Source of the DNA: Coraliomargaritaceae bacterium | Lineage (GTDB): Bacteria; Verrucomicrobiota; Verrucomicrobiia; Opitutales; Coraliomargaritaceae | Direction: 5' to 3' | DNA: 64,000 nucleotides | NCBI GenBank assembly: GCA_965656495.1 | Contig: CBFHKU010000003.1 | Location: forward strand, 127,803 to 191,802 | Shown here: one piece after another, positions 48,196 to 59,500 of the stretch | How positions within the stretch are numbered: the first letter of the stretch is position 1 | How the letters are laid out: each line of letters opens with the position of its first letter | Position numbers and translations under genes: made by a program | The notes under the pieces: model-generated | Seen by the model: the letters and a program-made list of their open reading frames with translations, nothing else | What the model was told of the DNA's origin: nothing | Databases searched by the model: none

Positions 48196-51154
48196 CTTCC
48201 ACCAAAGCGGCATCATTACCAACTTCCACAATCTTGCCACCCGTTCGCCCGAAAGCCTGGAGCAGGATGTCTTTAAACTCTCACGCAAGAATCCCGTTGG
48301 GCTGATCCTGCCCTCGCTGTATTCCGAGCTCGAGGGGGTTGCCCTGCCAAAAATCATCGATGTCCTCAGCGAGATTGATTATCTGGAGGAAATTGTGATT
48401 GGCCTCGATCAAGCCGACGAAGACCAATACCGCTACGCCCTGAAATTTTTCGACCGCCTGCCGCAGGGGCACAAGGTGCTTTGGAATGGCGGACCCCGCT
48501 TGCGTGCAATCGACGCGACCCTTAAGTCATTTAACCTCGCCCCGCTCAACGAGGGCAAGGGTCGCAATGTCTGGTACCTTCTCGGCTATCTTCTGGCGCG
48601 CAAGCGTTCCCAGGTCATTGCGATCCACGATTGCGACATCCTAACGTATAACCGCGAGATGTTGACGCGTCTGATTTACCCCGTTCTCAACCCCAGTCTC
48701 AATTTCAGTTACAGCAAGGGCTACTACGCCCGCATTGCGGAAAACCGCATGAACGGCCGGGTCTGCCGCCTGCTCATTACCCCGCTGCTCCGCGCCCTTA
48801 AGAAAATCTGTGGCGAGAATGATTACCTCGAATACATGGACAGCTTTAAATACGCGCTCTCCGGAGAATTTGCTTTTAACCGCGATATCGTTGCGGACAT
48901 CCGTATTCCCTCCGACTGGGGTCTCGAAATGGGAATGCTTTCCGAAATGTACCGCAATCATCAGAAGAATAAAATCTGCCAAGTCGACATCGCTGATTTC
49001 TACGACCACAAGCATCAGGATCTCTCGCAGGCGGATGCCAAGCGCGGCCTCGCGAAAATGAGTGCCGACATCTCAAAGTCCCTCTTCCGCAAGCTCGCGA
49101 CCTACGGCGAGGTATTCTCCAGTGCAAAAATCCGGACCGTCAAAGCCGCCTATTACCGCACCGCCCTCGACCTAATCGACAGTTACGAAAACGATGCCAC
49201 CATGAACGGACTCGCCTACGACCGCCATAAAGAGGTCCAGTCGGTCGAGGTCTTCTCTGAAAGCATCATGCGCGCGGGGGATGAATTTCTCAACCAACCC
49301 ACCGACACGCCGTTTATTCCGAGCTGGAAACGCGTCCGTTCCGCAGTGCCCGATATCGAGAACCAACTCCTGCAGGCGGTCGAGGAGGACATGGAGGAAT
49401 TCAAGCCCAAGACCCGCCGGGTTGCGAAAGGCAGTAAATTGCGACAGGCAATCCAACAACACCTCGTCGAGATTTACCCGGAGGAAGATGCCCCCGCCCT
49501 CGCCGAAAAAATCCTCGGCATCGCCGGTTTTGGGCGCAAGGACCCCATCCTCTCACGCGGCCAAAATAAATGGACCGAGGCCGACACCGTTCTCATCACT
49601 TACGGTGACTCCATCCTGCAGGAAGGCGAAGCGCCCCTCAAGACCCTCGCGCGTTTTGCCGGCAAGCATTTGGGCCAGACCATCAGCACCCTGCACGTCC
49701 TGCCCTTTTTCCCTTACAGTTCCGACGACGGTTTTTCCGTTATTGATTACAAAGAGGTTAACCCTGCCCTTGGAAATTGGGCTGATTTTGAGCAACTCAA
49801 TGCCCAGTTCGAAACCATGGCGGATCTCGTCATCAATCATTGCTCCGCGGAATCCGAATGGTTCCAAAACTTCTGCCAGGATAAGACGCCCGGTGCGGGA
49901 TATTTCATCGAGGTGGATGATGCCTTTGACGCGAGTGGGGTGGTGCGCCCCCGCTCCAGCGCACTCTTCCGCGAGGTGGAAACCAATTCCGGAAACAAGA
50001 AAGTCTGGTGCACCTTCAGTCACGACCAGGTCGATTTAAACTTCGCCAACCCCGAAGTCCTCTTTGAAGTCATCTCGATTCTCAAATTTTTCACCGAGAA
50101 GAAGATCAAATATTTCCGTCTCGATGCCATTGCCTTTCTCTGGAAACGCTCCGGAACCAGTTGCGTCCATTTAAAAGAGACCCACGAAATCATCAAGCTC
50201 CTGCGCCTCGTCCTTGAAAACCTCGAACCGCAGGCCGTCCTGATCACCGAGACCAACGTCCCCAACCGCGAAAACCTCAGCTACTTCGGCAATGATAACG
50301 AAGCCCATTTGATCTATAACTTTTCCCTGCCACCCCTGCTCATTCACGCCCTCCTCAAAGGCGATGCCACCCCTCTGAAGAATTGGATGATGTCGATGCC
50401 CCCCGCCCGACGCGGGCGCAGTTACCTCAATTTCATTGCCTCACACGATGGTATTGGGGTGCGTCCCCTTGAGGGCCTCGTGAGCGGAGCCGAGCAAACC
50501 GCGCTCCTCGAAACCCTCGAGTCCTTTGGCGGCACTATTTCAAAACGCACCAACACCGACGGTTCTGAATCGCCCTACGAGGTAAACATCAGCCTCTTCG
50601 ACGCCCTGCGCGGTACCATTGCGAAGGGGGCGGACCAGCACCAGCAAGCGCGTTATCTTTGTGCCCATACCATTCTCCTCGCGCTCGAAGGCATCCCGGC
50701 GTTCTACATCCACAGCCTCCTCGCCACCGAAAATGATGACCAACGGCGCGAAGCAACCGGTCATGCCCGCGCGGTCAACCGACACCAGTGGAAGTTCGAC
50801 GCACTCATGGAGCAACTCGACGACCCCGAGAGCCATCACCACTACCTTTTCTACGAACTCAAGCGCCGCATCGCGATCCGCAAGCAACAGATCGCCTTCC
50901 ACCCCAACGCCACCCAGCTCACCCTTCACCTCGGCGATCAACTCTTTGCCTTCTGGCGCGAAAGCCCCAACCGTTATCAGAGCGTCTTCGCCATCAACAA
51001 CATTTCCGACCAAACCCAAACCGTCGCCCTGCATGAGCTCAACCTCATCGGCACGGAAAATTGGCGCGACCTTCTCAGCGATCAACACTACGACCCCGGT
51101 CAAAAAACCATTGAATTGCCGCCTTATGGCTCCCTTTGGATCACCAATTCCTAG
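48188..51154 (+). CDS. Fusion: glucosyl-3-phosphoglycerate synthase (N, ~400 aa) + GH13_18 glucosylglycerate phosphorylase (C)
   Basis: N: MSDFHQSG, LPSLYSEL, GKGRNVW, HDCDI, KGYYAR, DWGLE, YDHKHQ. C: LITYGD, HVLPFFPYSSDDGF, WCTFSHDQVDLNF, RLDAIAF, ITETNVP, ASHDGIGVRP. Confidence 0.88.
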   Translation: MSDFHQSGIITNFHNLATRSPESLEQDVFKLSRKNPVGLILPSLYSELEGVALPKIIDVLSEIDYLEEIVIGLDQADEDQYRYALKFFDRLPQGHKVLWNGGPRLRAIDATLKSFNLAPLNEGKGRNVWYLLGYLLARKRSQVIAIHDCDILTYNREMLTRLIYPVLNPSLNFSYSKGYYARIAENRMNGRVCRLLITPLLRALKKICGENDYLEYMDSFKYALSGEFAFNRDIVADIRIPSDWGLEMGMLSEMYRNHQKNKICQVDIADFYDHKHQDLSQADAKRGLAKMSADISKSLFRKLATYGEVFSSAKIRTVKAAYYRTALDLIDSYENDATMNGLAYDRHKEVQSVEVFSESIMRAGDEFLNQPTDTPFIPSWKRVRSAVPDIENQLLQAVEEDMEEFKPKTRRVAKGSKLRQAIQQHLVEIYPEEDAPALAEKILGIAGFGRKDPILSRGQNKWTEADTVLITYGDSILQEGEAPLKTLARFAGKHLGQTISTLHVLPFFPYSSDDGFSVIDYKEVNPALGNWADFEQLNAQFETMADLVINHCSAESEWFQNFCQDKTPGAGYFIEVDDAFDASGVVRPRSSALFREVETNSGNKKVWCTFSHDQVDLNFANPEVLFEVISILKFFTEKKIKYFRLDAIAFLWKRSGTSCVHLKETHEIIKLLRLVLENLEPQAVLITETNVPNRENLSYFGNDNEAHLIYNFSLPPLLIHALLKGDATPLKNWMMSMPPARRGRSYLNFIASHDGIGVRPLEGLVSGAEQTALLETLESFGGTISKRTNTDGSESPYEVNISLFDALRGTIAKGADQHQQARYLCAHTILLALEGIPAFYIHSLLATENDDQRREATGHARAVNRHQWKFDALMEQLDDPESHHHYLFYELKRRIAIRKQQIAFHPNATQLTLHLGDQLFAFWRESPNRYQSVFAINNISDQTQTVALHELNLIGTENWRDLLSDQHYDPGQKTIELPPYGSLWITNS

Positions 51155-51254
51155 GTTTTGAGGCCTTCGGCACGCCCGCTTTGTAATCTTGACAGCCCTT
51201 GCCCGTCACCCTTTTATTTACAGCTTTTCCAATCACTCAAACGTCACGCTCGTC

Positions 51255-51389
51255 ATGAAACCCACTTTCCGTCCTTCCAAGATCCGTCGCGCTCGTAAAT
51301 TCGGCTACCGCGCCCGCAAGGCTACCCATGCCGGCCGCAAGGTGCTCGCCGCCCGTCGCGCCAAGGGTCGTCATCGCCTCGCCGCTTAG
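51255..51389 (+). CDS. rpmH: 50S ribosomal protein L34
   Basis: [33 protein letters not shown]. Confidence 0.95.
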   Translation: MKPTFRPSKIRRARKFGYRARKATHAGRKVLAARRAKGRHRLAA

Positions 51390-51413
51390 GCACAGGCAAG
51401 CACGGTTGTTGCC

Positions 51414-51770
51414 ATGGCTGTCCCGGCGCAACAACGACTGCGCACACAAAGCGATTTTCAACAAGTCCGCAGTCGAGGCACTCGTATGCACTGCGGGCTT
51501 TTTATTGCCCAATATTTAAAGCACGAGCATGAAAACGCCAGCCATCCAGCCCCGCGCCTCGGTGTCATTGCCAGTCGCCGTGTCGGTAACGCGGTCAAAC
51601 GCAACTACGGCAAACGACTCATCCGCAACCTCTTTCGCAAACACCAGACCCTTATCCCAGCCGGATACGACCTCGTTATAGTCCTCCGCTCAAATTTCGC
51701 TTCGGTTCCCTTTGCCGATTTGGAATCCCGTTTTCAAGAGCTTTGCCAAAGCATTTCCACCACTGCATGA
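51414..51770 (+). CDS. rnpA: Ribonuclease P protein component
   Basis: RL....DF, RLG....[13 protein letters not shown]; synteny. Confidence 0.92.
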   Translation: MAVPAQQRLRTQSDFQQVRSRGTRMHCGLFIAQYLKHEHENASHPAPRLGVIASRRVGNAVKRNYGKRLIRNLFRKHQTLIPAGYDLVIVLRSNFASVPFADLESRFQELCQSISTTA

Positions 51771-52078
51771 AACCCGCCCCTCCAAGCCTTCCCGCTCAGG
51801 CTGCTGCCCTCATGGTGCGTTGCTATCAATTGCTGCTCTCGCCCGTCAAGTACGCCCTCTTTGGCCCCGCCTGCGGTTGCCGCTTCCATCCCACCTGTTC
51901 CGCTTATACCCGCGAAGCCTTCCTCCGCCACGGATTCTTCCGTGGTTTCCTGCTCGCCCTCCGTCGCATCCTGCGTTGCCATCCATGGCATCCCGGTGGA
52001 CCCGATCCCGTCCCAAATTTGAAAACTTGCTCGCCAGACGAGCCTGCACCACATTTCAACAAAGTATCTAATGGATAA
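51767..52078 (+). CDS. yidD: Membrane protein insertion efficiency factor YidD
   Basis: [29 protein letters not shown]. Confidence 0.92.
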   Translation: MKPAPPSLPAQAAALMVRCYQLLLSPVKYALFGPACGCRFHPTCSAYTREAFLRHGFFRGFLLALRRILRCHPWHPGGPDPVPNLKTCSPDEPAPHFNKVSNG

Positions 52079-53924
52079 GAAAAATACCTTCTTCGGTCTC
52101 CTCTTCCTCGCGGCAGGCTTCCTCGTCATGTTTTGGCAGGGTGCGCAACTCAGCGACGCGCCAACGCCAACGCCTACCGAGCCCACCGCTTCGGAAGCCG
52201 CCCCTGCCTCGGTCGACGCACCTTCAGAACCCGCATCGCCGGAAGCAGATCCCGAGGCCGCGCAAATGCTGGAGCTCATGGCGCGTGACCTGGAGCCGGA
52301 AGCCGCCCCCGCCGTTCTTAAGGAAGCCGCCTCGCCGGAAGCCGCACCCGAGTCCATCACCGCGATTGCCAACGATTTCATCGAAGTCGAGTTTACCAAT
52401 CGCGGCGGCGCGATTCGCCGCGTCAATTTCCTGCAAACGAAACGCGGTGGTCGCGACGACTATGTTTTTAATGATAAGGGTCACTTGCCCGCCCTGAGCC
52501 TTGGCTTGCCAAAAAGCGACGGCTCCATTCGCGAATTCGACATGGCCTACAAGGTCGAATCCCGCTCCGCCAACAGCATCACCTTCGTCCTGCAAGCCGG
52601 CCCGGAGCTGCGGATTCACCGCACCTACTCCCTCGCGGCCGGTTCGGGCAACGGGCAGGATCCCTACATTATAGAGCACCGTACCCGCTTTGAAAACCTC
52701 GGCGCCAACCCCAAAGCCTTCTCCACCCTCTATCTCAACCTCGGCACCATGCGCCCCATTTCAGATGGTGCCATGCAGCAGAGCTACGTTAACGTCGGCT
52801 ACTTCGACGGCAACGATGCCAAATTCAAAGCGGTCACCAAACTGACCGGCAGCAGCGGTTTTCTCGGGATCGGAGCCTCCGCGCCCAAGGATCAAATTAT
52901 CATCAACAAAGGGGCGCCCCTCCAATGGACCTCCGTTAAAAACCAGTTCTTCGCGGGCATTCTCTCTGCCCGTGAGACCAGCGCGGAAAGCCTTGTCATT
53001 TATCCGGTTTACAGCAAACCCGCCGCCCCCGGTGAGCTCGCTCCCCGCACCGGCATTACCGGCAGCGCCGCATACGCCTTCGGGATCGTCCCGGCGGGGG
53101 ATTCGAAATCCTTCGACTTCGATTTCTTTGTTGGCCCCAAGGAATTCAAACGGCTCCAGTCTCTCGGTAACGACAAGGACCTCGTCATGCAGTTCGGCTT
53201 CCTCAGCTTCATCAGCAAGCTCCTCCTCGCCTTCATGTATGCCATCCACGCCCTCGTTCCCAACTGGGGCGTCTCCATTGTCATCATGACCATCTGTATC
53301 AAGCTCATCTTCTGGCCCCTTACCGCCAAAGCCAGCCGCTCGCAGAAACGCATGGCCAGCATTCAAGGCCCCATGGCGGAGCTGAAGGAAAAATACAAAG
53401 ACAACCCGCAAAAAATGCAGCAGGAGACCCTCAAGCTCTTCCGCGAGCATCAGGTCAATCCCGTCGCCGGTTGTCTCCCGCTCTTTATCCAGATGCCCAT
53501 TTTCCTCGGGCTCTTCTACATGCTCCGCACCGCCTCCGAGCTCCGTTACGAGCCCTTCCTCTGGATCAGCGACCTTTCCCAGCCCGACACTGTGATGGAA
53601 ATTGCGGGCTTCCCCCTCAATATTCTGCCCCTCCTCATGGGCTTTACCATGTATTTGCAGATGAGCATGATGCCCATGAATCCCGGCGCCGATCCCGCCC
53701 AGCAGAAGATCTTTAAATTCCTCCCCTTTATTTTCCTGATTTTCCTCTACGGCTTCTCCTCCGGCCTCGTCCTCTACTGGACCGTGCAGAATATTCTCAC
53801 CATCGTGCAGCAGAAGATCACCAATAGCCGTCCCGATGAACCGCTCAAGCCGTTGCCCGCCGCAGCCGCTGCCAAATCCGGTTCCGGCGGCAGTCCCCGT
53901 ACCAAGCCCCGCCGAAAGAAATAA
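52071..53924 (+). CDS. yidC: Membrane protein insertase YidC
   Basis: [44 protein letters not shown]. Confidence 0.95.
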   Translation: MDKKNTFFGLLFLAAGFLVMFWQGAQLSDAPTPTPTEPTASEAAPASVDAPSEPASPEADPEAAQMLELMARDLEPEAAPAVLKEAASPEAAPESITAIANDFIEVEFTNRGGAIRRVNFLQTKRGGRDDYVFNDKGHLPALSLGLPKSDGSIREFDMAYKVESRSANSITFVLQAGPELRIHRTYSLAAGSGNGQDPYIIEHRTRFENLGANPKAFSTLYLNLGTMRPISDGAMQQSYVNVGYFDGNDAKFKAVTKLTGSSGFLGIGASAPKDQIIINKGAPLQWTSVKNQFFAGILSARETSAESLVIYPVYSKPAAPGELAPRTGITGSAAYAFGIVPAGDSKSFDFDFFVGPKEFKRLQSLGNDKDLVMQFGFLSFISKLLLAFMYAIHALVPNWGVSIVIMTICIKLIFWPLTAKASRSQKRMASIQGPMAELKEKYKDNPQKMQQETLKLFREHQVNPVAGCLPLFIQMPIFLGLFYMLRTASELRYEPFLWISDLSQPDTVMEIAGFPLNILPLLMGFTMYLQMSMMPMNPGADPAQQKIFKFLPFIFLIFLYGFSSGLVLYWTVQNILTIVQQKITNSRPDEPLKPLPAAAAAKSGSGGSPRTKPRRKK

Positions 53925-53992
53925 TTGCCCTATTTTTAGAGCGGCCTATAACTCCATATAACCTTTCACCATCCACTTTCCCACCCAACAAT

Positions 53993-54742
53993 ATGTCCGG
54001 ACACAGTAAATGGGCCACCATCAAACGCGCCAAGGGTGCCGCCGATGCCAAACGCGGCAAACTCTTCAGCGTTCTCAGTAAAGACATCACCCTTGCGGCC
54101 CGCAGCGGCGGTGGCGACCCGGGATTCAACCCCCGCCTGCGCACCTGCATCGCTAAAGCCAAAGCCGCCAATATGCCCGCCGACAACGTGGAGCGCGCCA
54201 TTAAAAAAGGCACCGGCGAACTCCCCGGCGTCACTTACGAAGAAAACCTTTACGAAGGCTACGGCGCCGCCGGGGTTGGCATCATCGTCGAAGTCACCAC
54301 CGATAACAAAAACCGTTCCGCCTCCGAAGTGCGCAGCACTATGGGTAAAAACGGCGGCAATCTCGCCGGAGTGGGTGCGGTTGCCTTCCAGTTCGACCGC
54401 AAGGGGCAATTCATCATTGAAGCGGGCGCGACGGATGAGGACAGCCTCATGGAAATCACCCTCGAAGCCGGTGCCGAAGATATTAAAAACGAGGAAGATC
54501 ATTTCGAGGTCCTCTGCGCGCTTGCCGATTACGACGCGGTCGCACAGGCGCTCAGCGATAAAGGAATCGAGCCCGTTTCCTCCGAGCTTGCCTACCTCCC
54601 CAACGTCATGGTTCCGGTGGCGGATAAAGACACCGCCCGTAAAGTCCTGCACCTGGTTGAAAAGCTCGACGAACTCGAAGACGTCAAGGCGGTCCACCAC
54701 AACATGGAACTCGAAGACGCCCTCATCGAGGAACTCGGCTAA
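53993..54742 (+). CDS. yebC: YebC/PmpR family protein
   Basis: MSGHSKWATIKR.KG..D.KRG, NPRL, YEGYG, TDN.NR. Confidence 0.95.
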   Translation: MSGHSKWATIKRAKGAADAKRGKLFSVLSKDITLAARSGGGDPGFNPRLRTCIAKAKAANMPADNVERAIKKGTGELPGVTYEENLYEGYGAAGVGIIVEVTTDNKNRSASEVRSTMGKNGGNLAGVGAVAFQFDRKGQFIIEAGATDEDSLMEITLEAGAEDIKNEEDHFEVLCALADYDAVAQALSDKGIEPVSSELAYLPNVMVPVADKDTARKVLHLVEKLDELEDVKAVHHNMELEDALIEELG

Positions 54743-54796
54743 ACGCACAAAAATACTTGCCACTATAGCACCGAGGCTACAGCTTATAACAATATT

Positions 54797-55048
54797 ATGA
54801 AAATTCGTCATCTTACCCCGTTCCTGATCCTCATGGCACTCCTCTTCAGCGGATGCAGCTTAAGCCCCGACGCCAACGGGAAAAAACAAGCCAATCTCCT
54901 CGGCATCATCAATTATGAGGAGGCCAGCTATCAGCATACCTCTCCCACCACCGTCGCGCTTGCGACCGACGAAGTCCTCGCCCAAAAGGATTATTCCGGT
55001 GATAAGCTAACCCTCCTCTGGGGTCTCATTACCATCAAGGATTACTAG
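54797..55048 (+). CDS. Small lipoprotein of unknown function
   Basis: Lipobox LFSGC; 83 aa; ends LLWGLITIKDY. Confidence 0.75.
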   Translation: MKIRHLTPFLILMALLFSGCSLSPDANGKKQANLLGIINYEEASYQHTSPTTVALATDEVLAQKDYSGDKLTLLWGLITIKDY

Positions 55049-55072
55049 GCGGTTCGAATATCAAGCTTTCAC

Positions 55073-55101
55073 AAAGCCCGGCTCACACGCCGGGCTTTTT
55101 T
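55073..55101. terminator. Intrinsic terminator between convergent genes
   Basis: AAAGCCCGGC-TCACAC-GCCGGGCTTTTTT. Confidence 0.8.
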
Positions 55102-55113
55102 GTGCCTGACCGT

Positions 55114-56040
55114 TTAGATTAAACTGACCTCTACCCCGAAGGTGGCGCTTTCTCCGGCGCCGACATGGTGCAGTCCGCGTTCGTGCCCGGCCGCATTGGG
55201 CGGCCCCATCCACGGTTCCACGCAAAAGAAGGGGCTGTCCTCGGTCTCCGTCCATAGGACAAAGGCGTTGTTGGCAGAGGCCGCCGCGCAGTCAGGGAGA
55301 ATCCGAATCGTAACATCTTCCTCGCCGCCCCGTGGACCAAAGCGAAAGGCATCACCCTTGAGTTTCGTAAAGATGCGGTCGCTCAAGCCCGCTTGGGCAA
55401 AATCATTGCTTTCCGCCCAGCCCTTCGGGAGCGCCTGCAGGGCTCCGTCCAGTCCAAGGGTGCAGCATTGTTTCGCCGGAGCCTCAAAACGATAGTCCGC
55501 CCGCGTGAGACCCGGATGCCAGGGCAGGGTGAAATAAAAATGATGCCCCGCCGCCCAGGGCAGGGGCGTTGACCCGCGATTTTCCAGCTCGAGAAACACC
55601 TGCAGCGATAAATCGCGGAAGCTATAGCTCACCCGAAAGGCATACGCGTAGGGATAGCTCGCCTCCATCGTGGCATCGGGCCGCAGTTCCGCCGTAAATC
55701 CCTGTTTGTCGGACTGAATAAGCTCAAAGGCCGCGCCCCGCGCAAATCCATTTTGCGGCATCGGTCGCACTTCCCCGTCCGGAGCCTTCCATTGCCCCGG
55801 TCGACCCCCCTGCAAAGTCCGCCCCGCAAAAGGAAAGAGTATCGGGTTCCCGCCCCGAACTTTTGCAAAATTCCCAAAATCGGCATCCTCCGGCCAATGG
55901 ATCACGTCGCGGAAGGATCCGTCCGACATCCGCACATTCCAATTCATGAGGCGCGCCCCCTGTTCGGGATCGACGAGAAAAGTCGAAGGCCCGCAATTCC
56001 AGCGGAGTAATTCCCGGCCCTGATAATCGATGCGTTGCAT
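55114..56040 (-). CDS. Aldose 1-epimerase / galactose mutarotase-like protein
   Basis: RGGNPILFPFAGR, GFAR, GHHFYF, FFCVEPW. Confidence 0.85.
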   Translation of the reverse strand: MQRIDYQGRELLRWNCGPSTFLVDPEQGARLMNWNVRMSDGSFRDVIHWPEDADFGNFAKVRGGNPILFPFAGRTLQGGRPGQWKAPDGEVRPMPQNGFARGAAFELIQSDKQGFTAELRPDATMEASYPYAYAFRVSYSFRDLSLQVFLELENRGSTPLPWAAGHHFYFTLPWHPGLTRADYRFEAPAKQCCTLGLDGALQALPKGWAESNDFAQAGLSDRIFTKLKGDAFRFGPRGGEEDVTIRILPDCAAASANNAFVLWTETEDSPFFCVEPWMGPPNAAGHERGLHHVGAGESATFGVEVSLI

Positions 56041-56213
56041 ACCTTTAATCCATACCACCCGTGCTAATGATGAGAAGCATGAAGTTCGGGAAAGAGGGTT
56101 TCATCTTGAAGTAAGAACGGTGGTGAATCAATTCTGTAGCAGCCAGCACCCCTGCTACTAAATATATTTGGAATTCACTAGCGAGGCAGCGAGGTTAGGG
56201 AGTGATTCCTTTT

Positions 56214-56492
56214 CATTCGTGGTTTTTCAGTGACCACCCTTTCCATTCGTGCCATCTGTGTGATTCGTAGTTTCCTTATCAGCGTTCATCAGCGGATATC
56301 AGCGGTTTCCGGCTACGCCGGACTCGGGTTGCAGGGCCAGCCTAGCTGGCGACCACTCATCTGCGCTAATTAACGCTTATCTTTCCCTTCGCGCCCTTAG
56401 CGGGCCATTCCCTCATTCGTGAGTATTCGTGGTTCTAATGTTCAACCACCAAAAGCATGAAAGTTAAAGGTGAAAGAGTAAGGGTAAAGGGC
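56214..56492. repeat. Cluster of short-period degenerate repeats in a ~530-bp intergenic region
   Basis: ATTCGTGCC-ATCTGTGTG-ATTCGTAGT; ATCAGCGTTC-ATCAGCGGAT-ATCAGCGGTT; ATTCGTGAGT-ATTCGTGGTT; TGAAAGT-TAAAGG-TGAAAGA-GTAAGG-GTAAAGG. Confidence 0.65.
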
Positions 56493-56574
56493 AAGCACCC
56501 CGTCTTACTACGCGAGCCAACCCTTCTGATTGAATCCCTCCGCGACGGCAACCCCGCGATGGCGCGGCCTGGGT

Positions 56575-59500
56575 TCAATCAAGCGGTTGACGTCCGATGC
56601 TGCCGATGAGTTCGTCCGGGTAGCCTGTTTGGCTGACCTGTTCGAGGCGGTCTTTGGCGGCGCGCAGGCGTTCTTCGATGCGAAGCTCGGCGGCGATGCT
56701 GTGGTGGCTGTCCTTTTTCAGGAAGTGCTCCAGGTAGTTGACATGTCCTTCCCAGGCTTTGACGTCATGGTCCTGCTGGCTTTTGAGGCGCGCCTGATAC
56801 CAATCGCTGGCGAGCATCGCTTCGCGGGTGAACATACCCCGGAGTTCGGGGCTTTCAAGGGTCTGGCCTTTGTATTCGCCGTGCGCCATGATGTGGAGGA
56901 GGGCGCGCAGGGGCGGGCAAGCTTGCTCAACCGAGCCGTCCTCAAAGTAGTTTTGGGCGACTTCGCGGTGGGCGGCGAGAATTGTTTCCATCCCTTCCAC
57001 GAAGGTGGCCATGTCCTGTAGTTCCGGTTTGAGCATTTCCTCGGTGAGTACCGAGTCGGGATTGTTGAAGACCCGAGCAAAGAAGATGCGGACGAATTTC
57101 GCGTTGATGCGGTAGCCCAAGAGGCTCGCTTTGACGGTTTTGCCCTCGTATTCGAAGTCCTCGATTTTATCGAGGTATTCGTGTTCCATGAGCCATTGGG
57201 GGTCGGCTTCTTCGGGGCGGAGGCGGCACCAGATCTCGGGCACGAGGAGGCTGATGTCGTGATCGACCCGGCAATGGGGCCCCACATAACCGGCGGCGGT
57301 GATGAAGGCGGGTTGCTCGGTGGCGAGGAATGCCACGAGGGCGTTGTTGAGGTCGTAGATCGGGGGGAGGGCGTTGAAGGGTGCCTTGGTGAGGGCGCCT
57401 TCAGAACCCGCTCCGGTGGTGGAGGGGGATTTCCCGGTGATACTCGCGATGAACTCCATGAAGAGTTCGGGGAGTTCCATGTAATGGATGGGATTAAAGG
57501 TACAGAGCGGTTTGACGCCCGCCTCCGGTTCGGCGGGGTTGTTACGGCGCCCGGGAAGAATGGAGGTGACCGGGCGGAGGAGTTGCGATTTGAGATCCTG
57601 TCTGCGGAAGAGGCGGGTGCTCATGTCTGCGAGGTAGGTGGCGCGGATATTGCGGAGGTCGGGGCGCACTTGCAGGTAGCGGGGGTTCTTGGTGGGCTTC
57701 CCGTCCACCATCCGCGGGAAGGCGTTCGTCGCGTAGTAATCCCCGCTGCTGGCAGCGTGAAATTCGCGGATGAGGTCCTGCATCGGTTCGGTGTATTGCT
57801 CGTAACGGATGGCGTCCTCGATTTCATGGCGGGCGTGGTCGCGCTCGAGCGGTTCATAGTTACTCAGGAAACTGCCATGCGAGCTGAGGTCGATTTCAGC
57901 CTGGGTGTCGTAGCCGCGAATGATGGCATCGTCCGGGCGTTGGAAGAATCGGAATTCGCAATTATGGACGAATTTCGCGGAGGGCGCCGTCCAACCGACG
58001 GGGAGGTGTTGGATCGCTTCGCTGGGAACCACCACTGAGGCGGTGATGTCGTCTTCGAGCGAAATCTTGGTGGCGGGCATGAAGTCTTTGCGAAGACCGA
58101 AGGTGCGCCAGGAACCGTTGTCGGTATAGCCGACCCGGAGGTATTGGGTGATCATGGGCGTTCCCCGATAGCGGAGAATATTGCCCGGTTCGCCGTTGAT
58201 GAGGTCTACGCTGAAGCGCTGGCGCCAATCCTTGCCCCAATCATCCTTGTAGAAACGTTTGATGATAAGGACGAGTTCCTTGACGTGCTGGGGAATGGAT
58301 TCAACCCATTCGTTATAGGCGTCACTGTAGACGGTCTCGGAGGGAGTCAGGAGTTTAATGACCGAACCGAGGGAGCGCTCGGGGGAAAGGAGCGGGCGGC
58401 TGGGCGGTTTCTCGTCGTAGAGGTCGCGGAAGCGGTCGCCGTAGTCGCGGTCGATGATGGCTTCTGCGAGTGCGAAGTCTTTCTCGAAATCGCTCACGAA
58501 GACCGGGCCGGTGATGATGGCGTCGGAGATTGATTTTGAGATCTCGGATTTGCCGCCCCCGGAAACGGTGCTGGGTTTGTGGCAAACGCGGCTTTCGGCA
58601 GTGTAGCCGACCAATCGCCAGCGACGCCCTTCCGCCGGTTTGATCATTTCAACTTTATAGCCGGAGGGAAGGACATAGGTATGGCGGGGGAGCAGCTTGA
58701 TCTGTTGGGCTTCACCGTCTTTGGTCCACCGGATGCTTTGTTTGTTCAGCTCGATGTGTGCGTCTTCCGGAAGGTAAATGATATCCCGGTAGGTTTTATC
58801 AATGGCGTAGCCCTCTGGTTGGAGGTCGATCGCATCAATGGAACGGGCGACCAGGCCGTCGAAGGTCTGGTTCACTTCTTCAAAGAAACGACTGAGACGA
58901 AAATCCTCGCCGAGGTCGTAACCGGTGAAGGCGAGGGTACCGCCGGCGTGTTCCTCCTCTGCCAGACCGTGAAGGTTGGCGGAGAATCCAATCTGGGTCT
59001 TCACCTCTTTTTTGCAGTACCCGAAGTAATTATCGGCGATGGCGGTGACCACCCGACCGGAGGCATCGCGGCAGGTGATTTTAAATGCGCCGCCTTCGTT
59101 ATAGAGTTCGTCTTCTTTTTCCCAGCACATTCCGTCGCGTTTTTGGCGCTCGGTTGCCTCGGAGACCTTCGGGAGCCCGAGTTCTTTCTTGGTGGTTCCA
59201 ATGAGGTGCGGCGCGAGAATGACGCAACCGGAATGCCCGGTCCAATGCTCGGGGTCGAGTCCGGCATCGTTGCTCGCAAGGAAGGGGTCGCCTCCATTGC
59301 CGAAGATCGACTCAACAAAATCGAGATTGCTGACGAGATTGCCCGGCGCAAAGAAGCGCACCTCCAGGCGTTTTTCGCTGATAAAGCCCTCTACTTCAGG
59401 GATAACAACCGGTCGCAAGAGGAGGGAAACCCAGGATTTCGCTGGGGTGTCCTCGTGGGCGAGGAAGGGGAGTTCGCGGAGGGTGGCAGGGGGGTTGAGC

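Noticed and set aside
51155..51254. oriC next to rpmH (also recF at 9.4 kb)
   Set aside because: No dnaA/dnaN/gyrB and no DnaA-box cluster were seen; the gap is only 100 bp.
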